Source of the DNA: Candidatus Obscuribacteraceae bacterium
Lineage (GTDB): Bacteria > Cyanobacteriota > Vampirovibrionia > Obscuribacterales > Obscuribacteraceae
Direction: 5' to 3'
NCBI GenBank assembly: GCA_044226015.1
Contig: JBGAHS010000001.1
Coordinates: forward strand, 1,312,001 to 1,376,000
Length of the DNA: 64,000 nt
Each line of letters starts with the position of its first letter. Position 1 is the stretch's first letter. The notes below the pieces were generated by a model. That model did not search any database. It was not told the DNA's origin and saw nothing but the letters and a program-made list of their open reading frames with translations. The position numbers and the translations under genes were made by a program. Positions 35,001 to 42,947 of the stretch are shown here, piece by piece.

Positions 35001-38000
35001 GATTAGGCAAAATTGATGGAAATTTCGCCGGGGTGAGTTCTGTCAATTTGAGTTCTCTTTCTGGGGCGATTGGTTCTTTCGGCGCAGTGACTTCGACTCC
35101 GCAGTTGACTGTGAGCACAAGTGGATCTGTCAAAGTCACGAACACCTCAGCCGGTGTGCTCTCTCTCATCGAAGGTGCGAAGACTCCTTCAAGTCTCAAC
35201 GTGAGCAGTGACAACGGAGTATCTGCCAGCGGATTGAAGTCGGCTACGCTCGTTGTTGATGGGCAGAACGGGGCGGTCACGCTCAGCTCGATAGCAGCCA
35301 CGACCTTGACCGTTAACTCTCTTGTTTCTGCAACGATCACCGATACAGCAAGTACTGTAAATCTGAAAGCTAGTTCGGCGACAGGCGGCAAGTTCTCATT
35401 GACTCTGCCATCTGGCGCACTGACAGTTTCGGGTGTTTTGAACGCGAAGTCGGTCAATTTTGATGCCTCTGGCACTGCAACGATTAACGCGGCTGTGAAT
35501 GCTGGTGATTCAATCAGCGTGAAGGCTAGTTCCATCACTTTAGCTGCTGCTCTGACTGCTGCAAATCCTGGTTCTACGATCTCACTTCATTCACTTGCAG
35601 GTCTCGGGGATGGGCAGGCGAGCAAGGTGAGTGCTGAGAACATCAGCCTTGTCTCTACTGGTGGTACCGTCAATTTGACTGTTCCAATTAATGCTGCTCA
35701 GTCGATCGTTCTTAAAGGAGCCACTGGCGTCAGTAGTTCTGGTGTTTTGAATTCTCCAAGTTTGCTTGTGGATAGCAGCTCTGGTGCGGTGAGCGTCACA
35801 AGCACGAATGCCAGCGATCTCACTGTCACTTCTGCAGGCGCTGCAATAGTTTCCGACACACATTCAGGTGCTGTTAATCTGAGTTCCGGCAATACTGGTT
35901 CTCTGAGTGTGCTTTTGACTGGGGCTGCTTCCAGCCTCGTTCTTGTGGGACCGATTAATTCCAGCGGCGCCATAACCTTGAATGTGCTAAACGGAGGGAT
36001 AAGTCAATTTGATTCGGCCGCTACTTTAAAAGCGACTTCAGTGCAGCTTAGTTCTGGGACCGCTGTGACGCTAAATGCAAATGTACAAGCTAATTCAGTG
36101 AGCATCACTTCGTTTAATTCAATAGGTGATGCTGGGCTGTCCTTCATCAGCACGCCAGCTTTGAGCTTGAAGTCTACTGGTGGAAACATTTCATTGAATG
36201 CGAATCTTACTGCAAGTTCAAGTATCAGTTTGACTGGCTCTACAGGGGTTACGAGCACTGGAAAACTATCTACAGCTTCGTTAACGCTGAGCAGCGGTTC
36301 GACGATCAATGTGCAGGATACGGATGCGGGTGTCGTGGTCGCCACTGGTGTGGGTAAGGTTGACCTGACGCTAAATGCGTTGAGCACTAATTTGACGGCA
36401 AATTCTTCGGGTGACGCAGTCAATGTGCTAGCAAATGGAAATGTGCAAGTGCAGAGTGCTGGACCTACTACCAATGGTGCGCTGCTTTCTTACACTGTAA
36501 GCACTAACCCTAATGTAAACGGCGATGGAAAAATTACAATTGCTGGTGATATCAATGCAAATCAGGTCACTTTGCAGTCTTCTGAATCTGGCGTGGGTGG
36601 TAAAGGCGGCATCGCCTGGACTTCCGGTGTGCTAGTCGCTCCTGTGGTCGTCCTGAAGGATGGCGCTAGTGGCACTGGAACCGCCGACATAGGTTCTCTG
36701 GCGCTGCCGATCAGCACATCTACTGGTTCTTTGACCACCCTGACTAAGGGTGACGTTTATGTGTCTGATTCATCCGCTGGAAATTTGCAGCTTGTTTCAA
36801 ATACATCGAATAAGCTCAGTGTGAGCAGCACTGGCTCGATTGAGATTGTGGCAAATCCAGATGCTAACTATATAAAGTTGGTAGCTGCATCGAAGGTTAG
36901 CCTTTCCAATGATTTATCAGCAAATGCTGATGTTAGCAATGGAATTGGTGGCAGTATCTTAATTACTGCTGACTCACTTGAGAATAAGAGTGCTGGAACC
37001 CTAAAGCTGAGTGCCGATGGCAGTGGAAATGGGGCTGGCGGCAAATTAGACCTCAATCTCAACTCTGTGAGCTCTCCGAATGACGGGTCCCTGATGCTTA
37101 GTGCCAATGGCTCCGGTTCTGGTGATGGTGGCTCTGTCAACCTGACGAGTGCAGCTGGTTCGCTGAGTCTTGATTCAGGAAAAGGCTCAATAATTATAGC
37201 CGCACACGGGCAAAATGGTGGCAGCATCTCTGTTTCAGCAGGACTGAATCTGACGGTTGATCTGACAAATGTCTCTGTCACAGCGGGCACTAATGGTAAC
37301 GGTGGCAACATATCGTTTAGTGCTGGTTCCAGTTTGAATTTCACAAATAACTCGCAGATCTCAGCAGATGGCGATGGCACCGGTGCTGGTGGCTCTATCG
37401 TCTTGTCTGCGGATCAATTGACCTATGCTGGAATTGGAGCCAGTCCGCTTAAGCTCACTGCAAATGCCGGGCAGCCTACCGGTGTCGCGGGCAAAATCAG
37501 TGTTTCTGTGAATAAATCTGATCTGGTGCTGACGAAGAATCATCAAACGCTATACAGTGGAATCGAAATTTACGCAGAAGCCAAAGGGACTGGCAAAGTC
37601 GATACATTGAACAAGCTGGCGTTGAATGGTGTGAGTTTTGCTACTAAGTCGAACATCGCTGTCTATCAGGATGGTATTGATTTGAGCCATTTGGCTGCTA
37701 ACGGAAATGGTGGCAATGCGATTCTGGATGCCGGTAGTAAGGTTATATTCAATGGCACTAACACACCTACTTTCAGTGGTGGTTCAGCGACGGTGGCGAC
37801 CAATGGGGTCGGTTCTGGTTCTGGTGGCTTGCTTGCTATCTACGCGGTTGATGGTGTCGATTATGCTGGTGCAGGGTCTGCTCCGCTTACGCTCAGCGCC
37901 AATGGTGGTCTGACAGGTAGTGGTGGCATCGTCATATTTGAGACCAACAAGTTGTCCAATCTTCAGGTGGGTACTGTCGCTACGAGCAATGTGCAGATTT

Positions 38001-41000
38001 CTGCTACAGGCGGGTCACTGAACAATGCTGCAATAGCAAACGGTGGTGTCATTGTCATTCAGAATGGCGGGTCACTGAATGTCACGGCGGGAGGCGTCAA
38101 GGCTGGTCCGTTGGGGCTCAATGGTAATGGCGCTACTTATGTTCTCAAAGCCGGATTCTATAAAGACGTTGTGACGCAAGGTTCGGGTAGTGGTACTTCG
38201 AATCTTGCTGTTGGCTTCGCTTTGACAGCTAACGGCGTGGGGTCTGGCAGTGGGGGGAGCATCTCACTGGGATCCGATAGTTCGACGCCGATGAATATGG
38301 GGTTGACTAAGAGCAATTTTAATGGTGTCGCTGGACTTGTTTCTGTGTTAAAAGGCAAGACCAGTACGGGTGCAAATGGATCCCTTTCCTTTGATAACGG
38401 CAGTGGATCAGTTGTATTGACCGGTTCTTATACAGCCATTGCCAATGCCTCCATAAGTGCTTTCACCGATGTAAGTCTGGGCGGTTCGCTCGGTATTACA
38501 ACAAGCAAGACGGCTATTCAGAACACGAGTGTGATCTCACTTCTGTCGCAAACGGGTAGTGTGTTGAGCAAAGGCACAGTCAGCGCAAGCAACATAGCTC
38601 TTAACGCCGGAGCGGGATCAGGCACCATTGGCACGCCGACGGCCGCCTTCAAGATCGCAAGCGGTCTCTTGACACCGGTCGCTTTATCGGCGAAGGCTGG
38701 TGGCACAGTGAACATCAGCAATACAGGTACTGGTCCTATGACTCTGGGCAGCTACGGTGCAGTCGGTCTCTCGGGTGCGGGGACTTCATTCATAGTCAGT
38801 ACTGCTGGTAGTCTGCAAACAAACAGCAACATTTCAAACACTGCGGGTGGTGCCGTTCTCAGTACCATATCACTAAAGGCAACCGGCAACATAACGCTTG
38901 GTGGCGGGCTGTCGACTGGAACCACGAGTGCCGGAACAATCAATCTGACCGGTACAGCAGCTGTCGTAAATGCTAGTTCAAGTGGTACGGACCGCATCGA
39001 CACGGCGAACTTGAACATTAATGCTGGTGCGAAGGGAACAGTCGGAGCGCTCGGAAATCCGTTGAGAGTGACCAACCTGGTGAACCTCTCCTCGTTAGCG
39101 AAGGGATCTGTGTATATTAGCAATGCTGGCACTTCTGCGCTCACATTGACGAAGCTTGATTCTGCCGGTCAACTCGATTTAACCACTGCTGGTGCGCTCA
39201 CCGTGAAGAGTGCAAACACAACAGTGACTGGAATCAACTTGAATGCTGGCGGAGACGTAACCTTCTCTGCGGCTATTGGGTCTTCCACAAAGACTACATC
39301 AGTAAATGTTGTTAGCACTGCTGGAAGCATCAAGAGTTTCAGCAGCTCAAGCATCCTGTCGGGTAAGAACATTGTTTTGAGCAGCAACAACAGTATAGGT
39401 CTTCTGGGCGTGACTCCGGCACCATTTTACTTTAACGCTGGTGCAAGCTTGAAGATGACTGCTCCGGGGCTAGTGAACGCTGTCAATAAAGGTAGTACTG
39501 CGGCGAGTCTGCTTAGTTCCACCCTTGGTGCTACGCTTGATTTGAGTTCCAGCGCTGGAAGCCTAACTATTCCTTCGACTGAGCTGATCAGCGTTTCTCA
39601 AGCTGTGAAAGTCACTGCTAAGTCTTTCCAAATCGATGGGAAAATGAGCAGCTCTGCAGCCGTGAGTCTTATAGCTGTGGGGGCTGGAAACGTGCTTGGA
39701 GCTGCCACGGGGTCTCTTGTATCTCCTGTCAGTGTCAGTCTGAGTAGCACTTCGGGCTCGATTGGCAGCAGCACTGCTGCTGTTCAAGTTGATGCACCGT
39801 CGGTGACACTATCCACTACAGGACTGATCAACGCTAAGAGCATCAATGTGGCTCCGGTTAATCTCTTGTTCGGAGCTGCTAAAGCCGCGAAGACAGTGAA
39901 CTTTACTGCGGCTGGCGATATCAACGTTGCTAGCGCTATCACTACTGCTGCTACAGGTTTCACGCTGACCAGTACCGGTGGCAACATCAATCTCGGCGCC
40001 AATATCGTGGCGTCGAGTGCTGGCACTATGACTCTGAGTGCCAGCTCTATCACTCAGACGGCAGGCATTTTGCAAGGTGGAACGCTGAGCCTGACAGCTA
40101 CAAGTGCTGATGTGAAAGGCGCAGCTGGAAGTCTGAACGTTAATGCTGCTAAGGGGCTCGGAGGATCCGCTGCGTTGGGAACTTTCGATGTAAACAATAC
40201 TGGAACTGCAATTCTCTCCTTGCTTCCAAGTTCAGCTGGAACCTTCAAGCTATCTTCGGCTTCTTCTGTTGTTATTTCAGGGGCTGTGCTCGCAACGAAT
40301 TCACTGTCGATTACGACGAGTGGGTCGGCTCACAATATCACAGACAAGGTTGGAACTGAGATTTTGCAGGCTAGCCAGGTCACGTTGTTTGCTAGTGGTG
40401 CCAATAGTTCGATTGGAACAAGCAAAGTTGGTGTCGCGGTTATGACTGCGGATCTGACAGCGAACACTGCGAGTACTGGAACCGGTCTTGTGAATTTGAA
40501 CAGTTCATTTGCGGGTTCGATGCAATTGAATCCATCCAGTTCGGCTAGCTCTTTTACGCTGAAGACTGCCAGCGATACTGTTCTGAACAACATATCGGCG
40601 GGCAATGGCAGCCTCCTTGTCACGGCCAGCGGCGGAACATTGTCTACAAATTCTGGTGCGGTGTTATCTGCAAAGAACGGTGCTTTGACCTTGAACAATA
40701 CGAACCTTGTCAATGGCAAAATTGTCATTCAGGACGGTTCGCAGATCACGACTTCTGGTAAGTCTGGACTTAACGTCAGCATGATCATAGGGGCTACAAC
40801 AACTGTTGCTGGCACGCCGGCCGCGGGCGTGAATTACAAAGTTAATGGTGCTTCTGTGACACCGCCGTTGCCACCGAACACCTTCTTCTTTGGCAATAAG
40901 GGTATTTCGACTACAAGTCCTTCGACTATTGATCTATCAGTGCTTGGTGGTGCCAAAGTGATCTTCAACACTGATAACAGTGTGCTTGGTGCTTCTGCAA

Positions 41001-42340
41001 TTACTGTTGTCGGAAGTTCATCGGGACCGCACACATTTATCCAGGCGGATCCTCCTGTGGTGACAGGGTCCAGCGGTGTACTGCGAAGCACCTTTCCAAT
41101 TGTGGCAGTTACGCAGGACGTGGGGGCGCCGGTGGTCGCATCGCAGGGCGTGGCTCCGCAGATTGCGACTGCGCTTCCGGGTCTGGCAGCGGTTCAGGGC
41201 GTGGCTGCGCTTCAGGGTGCGGGGGCGCTTCATGGTGTGGCTGCGCTTCAGGGTGTGGTTGTGCTTCATGGCGTGGGGGCGCTTCAGGGTGTGGCTGCGC
41301 TTCAGGGTGTGGCTGCGCTTCAGGGTGTGGCTGCGCTTCAGGGTGCGGCTGCGCTTCAGGGCGTCGGGGGGTTCATGTACAGCGGCACTCAGAGTGCTAC
41401 TTTGACGAATGTGTCGTCAGGATCATTGTTTGCCGACACATCATTCGCCACCCGAATGACTGCCACCGGAAGTGGTGCCAGTCTCGTGGCGACCGAAGGG
41501 GTCGACGGCGTCAGCGTCCGTGGGGCAACTTATGTGCCTACTCTCGTCGCTGACAACGGAGCTGTATTCGGACTCGAAACAGAACTTGAGGACGGAAGTT
41601 TACCGGCGCAGTTGATATCTGACAGAGACATGGGACTTCTCTGCGCTGAAACAGAAACGCGTGCTGTTTCCTTGGCCGATTCAGCTGAGCTACAAAAAAT
41701 CGCATCTGCGGGTCCGCTGACTTCAGGCATTTCAATGAAGCCCAAGGTTGCACCGCTGACTGCAGGCATTTCGATGAATCGCAAGGTTGCAGTGCATTCT
41801 TCGTCTCTTACCCGCGAGCTTCAATTACCCAAGGGCTCAATATTACTTGCTCCAACATCCGAAAGTGTCGTAAACACGCCTTCTGGGCGTGTCCATGTCG
41901 CTGCCGGAGCGCTTGCGCTGATAATATCAGTTGAGGATGGTTTGGCGGTCTACGATCTTGACGATCAGCATTCTGCTTCAGTAAAAGTGGTAACTGCTAA
42001 GGGGCAACATTTCCAGTTGAATCCTGGCATGAGTGTGGTTTTGTCGCGGGCAAACGTCAGAGCTTTTGATGAAGTGAATCCAGCGCAGTCGATTGCGTAT
42101 CGCGAAATTCAAAGGCATACCACGGGGGGAGAGTTTGTTGCTTTCACCGCTGAATTCTCTGTTCCTTCTGCAATGAGAGCTGTGGTTCCGTTGAGGAAGT
42201 TGCTGGAATCTAAGCATCCTATGGCAAAGCGATTGGCATTCCACTTGCTCAAGACGACTGCCGCTAATCAACAAGTTCATAGCAGAGGCGGTGGCTTCCA
42301 ACTCATTCCTCGCAAAGCAACTACAGCTTGGGTGCGTTAG
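23042..42340 (+). CDS. Giant (6432 aa) secreted Gly/Ser/Thr-rich beta-strand repeat protein, filamentous-haemagglutinin/adhesin-like
   Basis: Uninterrupted 19.3-kb ORF; signal peptide; many imperfect repeats (LSSGSGDIG...STPSLTLNTTGNV); globular C-terminal region. Confidence 0.85.
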   Translation: MTSPSRTSWKPLLSLFCLLSGQVAYGQNVPIPSSSSNTASQAGRGMRPGMVNTSGATAIVSGHRPVNLDLSSSSATISAAGLVPNGNVSINVGNSTQIVTPMSMLTPAEMLAVYQVVNSGAQSILVGSTGTAVGGSLDIGAQLSHNINSLVIPKGVSAVTNVANSSGLSISGNLVNAGSLLAVSDNAAVKTAQISANNIYNNPNALISTVVPQGGVAGYNNLVSNLNLNLNAANNVVNNGTISSAGNLSISAAGTISNTVALDSSIAVSTTTPSLLAVGDISLVSGSGNLLNSGLIQAGGSVNVATKDPSTNLAINNTGGLIQALGTTAGDLSGMINIREHDYSASASTLLVGGDWDSKQLNVNGGQGEVFANVENVSGKLNTNAGIAHVYAETPNLTIGECTISGDPTYVNSGGNVTISGTLAEAESLAIIASGNILAASGVASKIVNSDGVRGYDVYLIAGAKVTITNCTGCSNSAGGITVPTGKVTAGFVQVATGGTGGKIDLTTGNTLSSGSIIDTSGTTARGGDVYLIALGGTSGTISYPTGTSINTGAGVDKSTDGKVFIFAGSTAGTSNLGGIVTTSGVGPNTLQGGIDIRTAAPVFSGGAGACGTCISFDSTGVQSGSIGNGTASNGNINLNGNVVTRNGASILATIGTGTLTTIGTLTTGLNQLGAGGLVVTGPVTGGITYSGSGSPSILANVNGAVDLTTSAGSVTIGDATHPVTITGNLSVNSANATTLGKSASIQSTNVSIISKSLSVDASASISGTNSVYFKGASVSIGSGTGLLITSAVLGQITTNNLMVDSNTSITVNANLNTSGTGAGAYNLYFNALSTTFTTGTNTVTLGNKTLDVNSVGALTIGNITAGDTTINLTSSGGAVNPSTITAGKSTVTITAATTVPLKGVSLDTTSGSLAVHSSAAGVQAISQSAGNLSAGFIDLQVHNSTAGSNIGTAAAPILISSANSFVSSNVAGASSSAFIRNTSGGVMNFQSSGGLNSGSTTLTVTGAGSINFSGDVLGAALKATTGSGTITASNSTLIVAGTTVTLTSTSADIGSVGTPINVRTTGSGNTITADTTGSVFLNVTNSVLPKFASTSTFANLTLTTDGFIETSTALAATNALSISTLGGNINMDLSLSAKTVFLSTGGGNLNQAAGTVTGSTSVAIEGNSIVQVKTATPSLLLRGVSGDINVVNTGVVTVSSSGSGANDGVSVSNNNNITVSGSLIGNTGSNAQPFAFQTTANNGNIIFNADVKGAPGITALTNGTGTVTVATGVTLQSPGKISLGAASVNLNGTAKVDSATSVQVYPNVAGTSIGINGGAGTFAVPASLISKFTTPQLIIGSQSVGSGAVTQSGSLTIDKSGYSTYELQIVTNGTYNGVGSTTTLTGDHDTFTVNSVQKADIGTINGTGTAGGVVNITASGVTIQALGFSLLGTASATITANGLSGNIAKSATTPGILTVPFLTLAATGTTSNITGLSISTTSLTTSTSSGNVSLTNTSSGTTLGIANTNVTGTFSVTSDGPVFLSFNQQASVSYSLTTTGAITANSIGAKIVSPNISLTTTTKSPITINNAANQLLQASTSLNLSSAGGDIDVLSATPSVKVDTSGNANVSNATAGTLTLTSGGATFNKLTVAADHGLTIGSALTAAGDITFTTANNGGVVVNGGNVTSNLGNVFITANGTGTINLSKVVSSLTKDVTLTSGTLTAFTGTGAVSAAAGTVFYIPTAGTTVGVAGGAGTYAVLAAQLSASTAKTVQIGDNASGNINSGSFTLNTSGAGSFDIKLKTAGTFTAAAATTINLQSHNMNIDAKGALSIGTVSGTGSALTMNADSITMTKNIGLGTSSSATLSANSGAIANTGFTLTAASVSVTAGTNIGAGSGSPLTISSSSLSYFAAGNSDINNTSGSTLTVSGIASANNSTLKSNSSIVTTTDLSANSLSVVSTSGGISFGGNITGADVVLTASAANSISKTGAFTITGTNTISLTSGSGDIGAITTDTPSLTLTSTGKVDITNNSASLNLVTSGNYASFSVSTAGNLSTSTTISSLGNLSLTTQNAGNISFSNSLSAGGLLSLVADTTGKITQSGSGLVSGSSSISATSGSGDITFTAINGSVSAKTTGSLSMTAVSGALSLSSGGATFTNVSLTDSFGLGISTANVITASGSFNISGAGMVSIADSVDAGTITLNAGTLSLASLTSPKALKASTVSLTSNSSLTVDGSMINSPSLTLSSLSGGITLTNSNSTTLSATASGAVSLTSTATGGTVTLGSGSSSASTFKLTLSGTNESLIIAGPVGGTFVDMTVNSGSITQQAGADITGINSVTLKAPSGGISFGASVKATSGTGTVSITAKNSLTDASVSALSANTLSLTSTSGNISLTSSGLTGKGGLTLDGATGVLSTGGLLDTAVLTLKGGSGSVTVSDTNASLITATASGDISVSDSVSGTVNISDSSSTSGNLSVTATGVADIQVLTNLSAGKDLTLQAMNGSTSGFGDLTAGANVNLIAGNGTVFVGTKASGVGVFITASGQLTDVALSNIVASQSIGLTSTGADILLTGPLSAATSITLSGATGVSTSSTISTGTLNLAGGGVITIPQTTASTITVSGTASVIVTDQNASSVTLGAVSAGSFTLTLPNAKTFDLNGAISAGTVSLTFNNANLTQSSGSLGATSSLSLISSSGNVGTVGASINTSSPIINLNVPNTVNISNKTAGTLIVNSSATLANLLVSTDHTLDMGTNLTSTGVLTLTSTANGGSIAISKDVSGAVVTISANGAGTISGAGTISASTNLTLSSGSGDIGTVGTPLKTSTNQILGLGTTGSAYLSNSIGSGSFFVSFSVPTLMNLTMVSDRDITTGSAITVTNALSVSTTANNAGILIGANTSAATATLSANGSGTVIVASGSTLSGSTSIDLKSSSGDIRGTAALAAAGLATPSLSLDTTGNVIISNTFAGNFQLFNSAATFTSFSVATSQSLTTQNAIKAGGGITLSSGNNGSISLSGALTASNISLSANGSGAIVAAANLLTASSQITLTSGSGSISASNLNTPSLLLGSTGDVNVNNSSVGILNLGSTGTKFNNLQVQTSNGLTTTSSIQSAGNLTLASTAGSILIGAALSGGAVSLTTGSGSINAGSNVVTGSTSVSFVTSDGAVGDSSVMNVNTASLSFVNLGTTGMFANVSVSATPAVAVTFTKFSNLTLAADHSINGLNSPIAVGTIKMSTANNGSITLAGALADVIQLNANGSGGITASSNLTATSSISLSSGTGDISSISTSTTKLTVNTSGSASVQNSSPGTLTFASSSTFTNLDLQTDHDLFVSTSVSSSGNLVLMTTANSGSIDLASTASGKNVTITASTAGNLTAAGSISGSSTVSLSSGSGSIGTKITAINTATPDLTLNTTGDSFIANTTAAGLKLSVGGSTMNSLTVNSNHGITSGATLKATQISLSAGNAGDITVNTSTQSLTFSTTGSVTATNIGAGSLDLTVALVPINLNVSTNHDLNTLGAISANGTVNLSTILNGGSIALGADLSGTNVTLQADGAGTITSAGKVTATGTLTLSSVSGDIGGAGLSTSAPIMVLNTSGSAKISNNTSAGLSLSSSSTFSNLTLSTNHALTVGSSLFSVGLLQLSTANGGNISVGGNISGGTTSLSAGGAGTLTASGAFFVSGSSINLSSGSGLIDLSTKTTDLTVGTTGAVTLKNTITVSPLNLSSGGSTFSSLTVSNDSDINTSNVINATGLISLSTTNSGGINLADSLTGGSVALNANSSGAIKQTAGSISAATVSLVSGSGAIQNIATQTPALTVGSTGNVSVQNTTAGLLSLSSTGTNFASLDIKTNHDLSTSTSLSTVGTLSLSTANGGGITFNADASGANLNVVANGLGAIQTKTNTLTGVSSVTLTSGSGDVTVNLKASNLFIDTTGNVNITNTGNPIGTNLAVHNSGGTFASFNVKANQSLTLVEALSSTGAVVLNSSNNGDVSTLNKVSGSSVQVTADGLGKIDGNFAGVSSVNLSSLSGAIGSFGAVTSTPQLTVSTSGSVKVTNTSAGVLSLIEGAKTPSSLNVSSDNGVSASGLKSATLVVDGQNGAVTLSSIAATTLTVNSLVSATITDTASTVNLKASSATGGKFSLTLPSGALTVSGVLNAKSVNFDASGTATINAAVNAGDSISVKASSITLAAALTAANPGSTISLHSLAGLGDGQASKVSAENISLVSTGGTVNLTVPINAAQSIVLKGATGVSSSGVLNSPSLLVDSSSGAVSVTSTNASDLTVTSAGAAIVSDTHSGAVNLSSGNTGSLSVLLTGAASSLVLVGPINSSGAITLNVLNGGISQFDSAATLKATSVQLSSGTAVTLNANVQANSVSITSFNSIGDAGLSFISTPALSLKSTGGNISLNANLTASSSISLTGSTGVTSTGKLSTASLTLSSGSTINVQDTDAGVVVATGVGKVDLTLNALSTNLTANSSGDAVNVLANGNVQVQSAGPTTNGALLSYTVSTNPNVNGDGKITIAGDINANQVTLQSSESGVGGKGGIAWTSGVLVAPVVVLKDGASGTGTADIGSLALPISTSTGSLTTLTKGDVYVSDSSAGNLQLVSNTSNKLSVSSTGSIEIVANPDANYIKLVAASKVSLSNDLSANADVSNGIGGSILITADSLENKSAGTLKLSADGSGNGAGGKLDLNLNSVSSPNDGSLMLSANGSGSGDGGSVNLTSAAGSLSLDSGKGSIIIAAHGQNGGSISVSAGLNLTVDLTNVSVTAGTNGNGGNISFSAGSSLNFTNNSQISADGDGTGAGGSIVLSADQLTYAGIGASPLKLTANAGQPTGVAGKISVSVNKSDLVLTKNHQTLYSGIEIYAEAKGTGKVDTLNKLALNGVSFATKSNIAVYQDGIDLSHLAANGNGGNAILDAGSKVIFNGTNTPTFSGGSATVATNGVGSGSGGLLAIYAVDGVDYAGAGSAPLTLSANGGLTGSGGIVIFETNKLSNLQVGTVATSNVQISATGGSLNNAAIANGGVIVIQNGGSLNVTAGGVKAGPLGLNGNGATYVLKAGFYKDVVTQGSGSGTSNLAVGFALTANGVGSGSGGSISLGSDSSTPMNMGLTKSNFNGVAGLVSVLKGKTSTGANGSLSFDNGSGSVVLTGSYTAIANASISAFTDVSLGGSLGITTSKTAIQNTSVISLLSQTGSVLSKGTVSASNIALNAGAGSGTIGTPTAAFKIASGLLTPVALSAKAGGTVNISNTGTGPMTLGSYGAVGLSGAGTSFIVSTAGSLQTNSNISNTAGGAVLSTISLKATGNITLGGGLSTGTTSAGTINLTGTAAVVNASSSGTDRIDTANLNINAGAKGTVGALGNPLRVTNLVNLSSLAKGSVYISNAGTSALTLTKLDSAGQLDLTTAGALTVKSANTTVTGINLNAGGDVTFSAAIGSSTKTTSVNVVSTAGSIKSFSSSSILSGKNIVLSSNNSIGLLGVTPAPFYFNAGASLKMTAPGLVNAVNKGSTAASLLSSTLGATLDLSSSAGSLTIPSTELISVSQAVKVTAKSFQIDGKMSSSAAVSLIAVGAGNVLGAATGSLVSPVSVSLSSTSGSIGSSTAAVQVDAPSVTLSTTGLINAKSINVAPVNLLFGAAKAAKTVNFTAAGDINVASAITTAATGFTLTSTGGNINLGANIVASSAGTMTLSASSITQTAGILQGGTLSLTATSADVKGAAGSLNVNAAKGLGGSAALGTFDVNNTGTAILSLLPSSAGTFKLSSASSVVISGAVLATNSLSITTSGSAHNITDKVGTEILQASQVTLFASGANSSIGTSKVGVAVMTADLTANTASTGTGLVNLNSSFAGSMQLNPSSSASSFTLKTASDTVLNNISAGNGSLLVTASGGTLSTNSGAVLSAKNGALTLNNTNLVNGKIVIQDGSQITTSGKSGLNVSMIIGATTTVAGTPAAGVNYKVNGASVTPPLPPNTFFFGNKGISTTSPSTIDLSVLGGAKVIFNTDNSVLGASAITVVGSSSGPHTFIQADPPVVTGSSGVLRSTFPIVAVTQDVGAPVVASQGVAPQIATALPGLAAVQGVAALQGAGALHGVAALQGVVVLHGVGALQGVAALQGVAALQGVAALQGAAALQGVGGFMYSGTQSATLTNVSSGSLFADTSFATRMTATGSGASLVATEGVDGVSVRGATYVPTLVADNGAVFGLETELEDGSLPAQLISDRDMGLLCAETETRAVSLADSAELQKIASAGPLTSGISMKPKVAPLTAGISMNRKVAVHSSSLTRELQLPKGSILLAPTSESVVNTPSGRVHVAAGALALIISVEDGLAVYDLDDQHSASVKVVTAKGQHFQLNPGMSVVLSRANVRAFDEVNPAQSIAYREIQRHTTGGEFVAFTAEFSVPSAMRAVVPLRKLLESKHPMAKRLAFHLLKTTAANQQVHSRGGGFQLIPRKATTAWVR
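41180..41362 (+). repeat. In-frame 18-bp tandem repeat (GVAALQ, about 10 copies) in the giant gene
   Basis: Unit GGTGTGGCTGCGCTTCAG. Confidence 0.9.
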
Positions 42341-42415
42341 AGGTTTGCCGAGATGGAGATATTTTGATACGAGTCTTCCCTGTCGTTTGGACGCCTGATC
42401 TCCGTTTCTACAACA

Positions 42416-42652
42416 CCGCAAATTCGGATCGATACCGATCGAGTTACGAAATTGGATCGATACCGATTGAGTAGCAAGAATATCTGTGCCTTCAGAAGCG
42501 AAGATTTTCCTTAGGCTGGATGGAGTTGTTGAAAACGCAAATTTGGATCGATACCGATCGGGTTGCGAATTTGGATCGATACCGATTGAGTAAGATTATC
42601 TGTGCCTTCAGAAGCGAAGATTTTCCTTAGGCTGGATGGAGTTGTTGAAAAC
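42416..42652. repeat. Two copies of a 116-119-bp intergenic repeat, each with two GGATCGATACCGAT cores
   Basis: ATCGATACCG at 42428, 42456, 42547, 42575; TATCTGTGCCTTCAGAAGCGAAGATTTTCCTTAGGCTGGATGGAGTTGTTGAAAAC twice. Confidence 0.9.
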
Positions 42653-42666
42653 ACGAATTGCATGCG

Positions 42667-42721
42667 GTTGAGATGCAGTTGAGATGCAGTTGAGATGCAG
42701 TTGAGATGCAGTTGAGATGCA
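42667..42721. repeat. 11-bp tandem repeat (GTTGAGATGCA)x5
   Basis: Perfect copies read directly. Confidence 0.95.
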
Positions 42722-42830
42722 GTGTAACCGTAGGGGTGAACGGTTTTGCCAATAGCTTGCAATCCGATGGTGTAAGCCACCCGGCGGAGCGCCCACCCAG
42801 ATCACTAGCATGTGGCGGCTTGCTCCGTGG

Positions 42831-42933
42831 CGTCCAGTTCCGTCCAGTTCCGTCCAGTTCCAGTTCCGTCCAGTTCCGTCCAGTTCCAGTTCCGTCCAGT
42901 TCCGTCCAGTTCCGTCCAGTTCCGTCCAGTTCC
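42831..42933. repeat. 10-bp tandem repeat CGTCCAGTTC (about 9 copies, two 6-bp partial units)
   Basis: Read directly. Confidence 0.95.
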
Positions 42934-42947
42934 GCAGAGGTTTAAAG

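Noticed and set aside
23261..42421. Numerous antisense and alternate-frame ORFs within the giant gene
   Set aside because: Shadow ORFs arising from the codon bias of the Gly/Ser/Thr-rich sense frame; no motifs or RBS support
42726..42745. GTAG-type REP element (AACCGTAGGGGTGAACGGTT)
   Set aside because: Single short hairpin lacking the full REP palindrome and without other copies in the window
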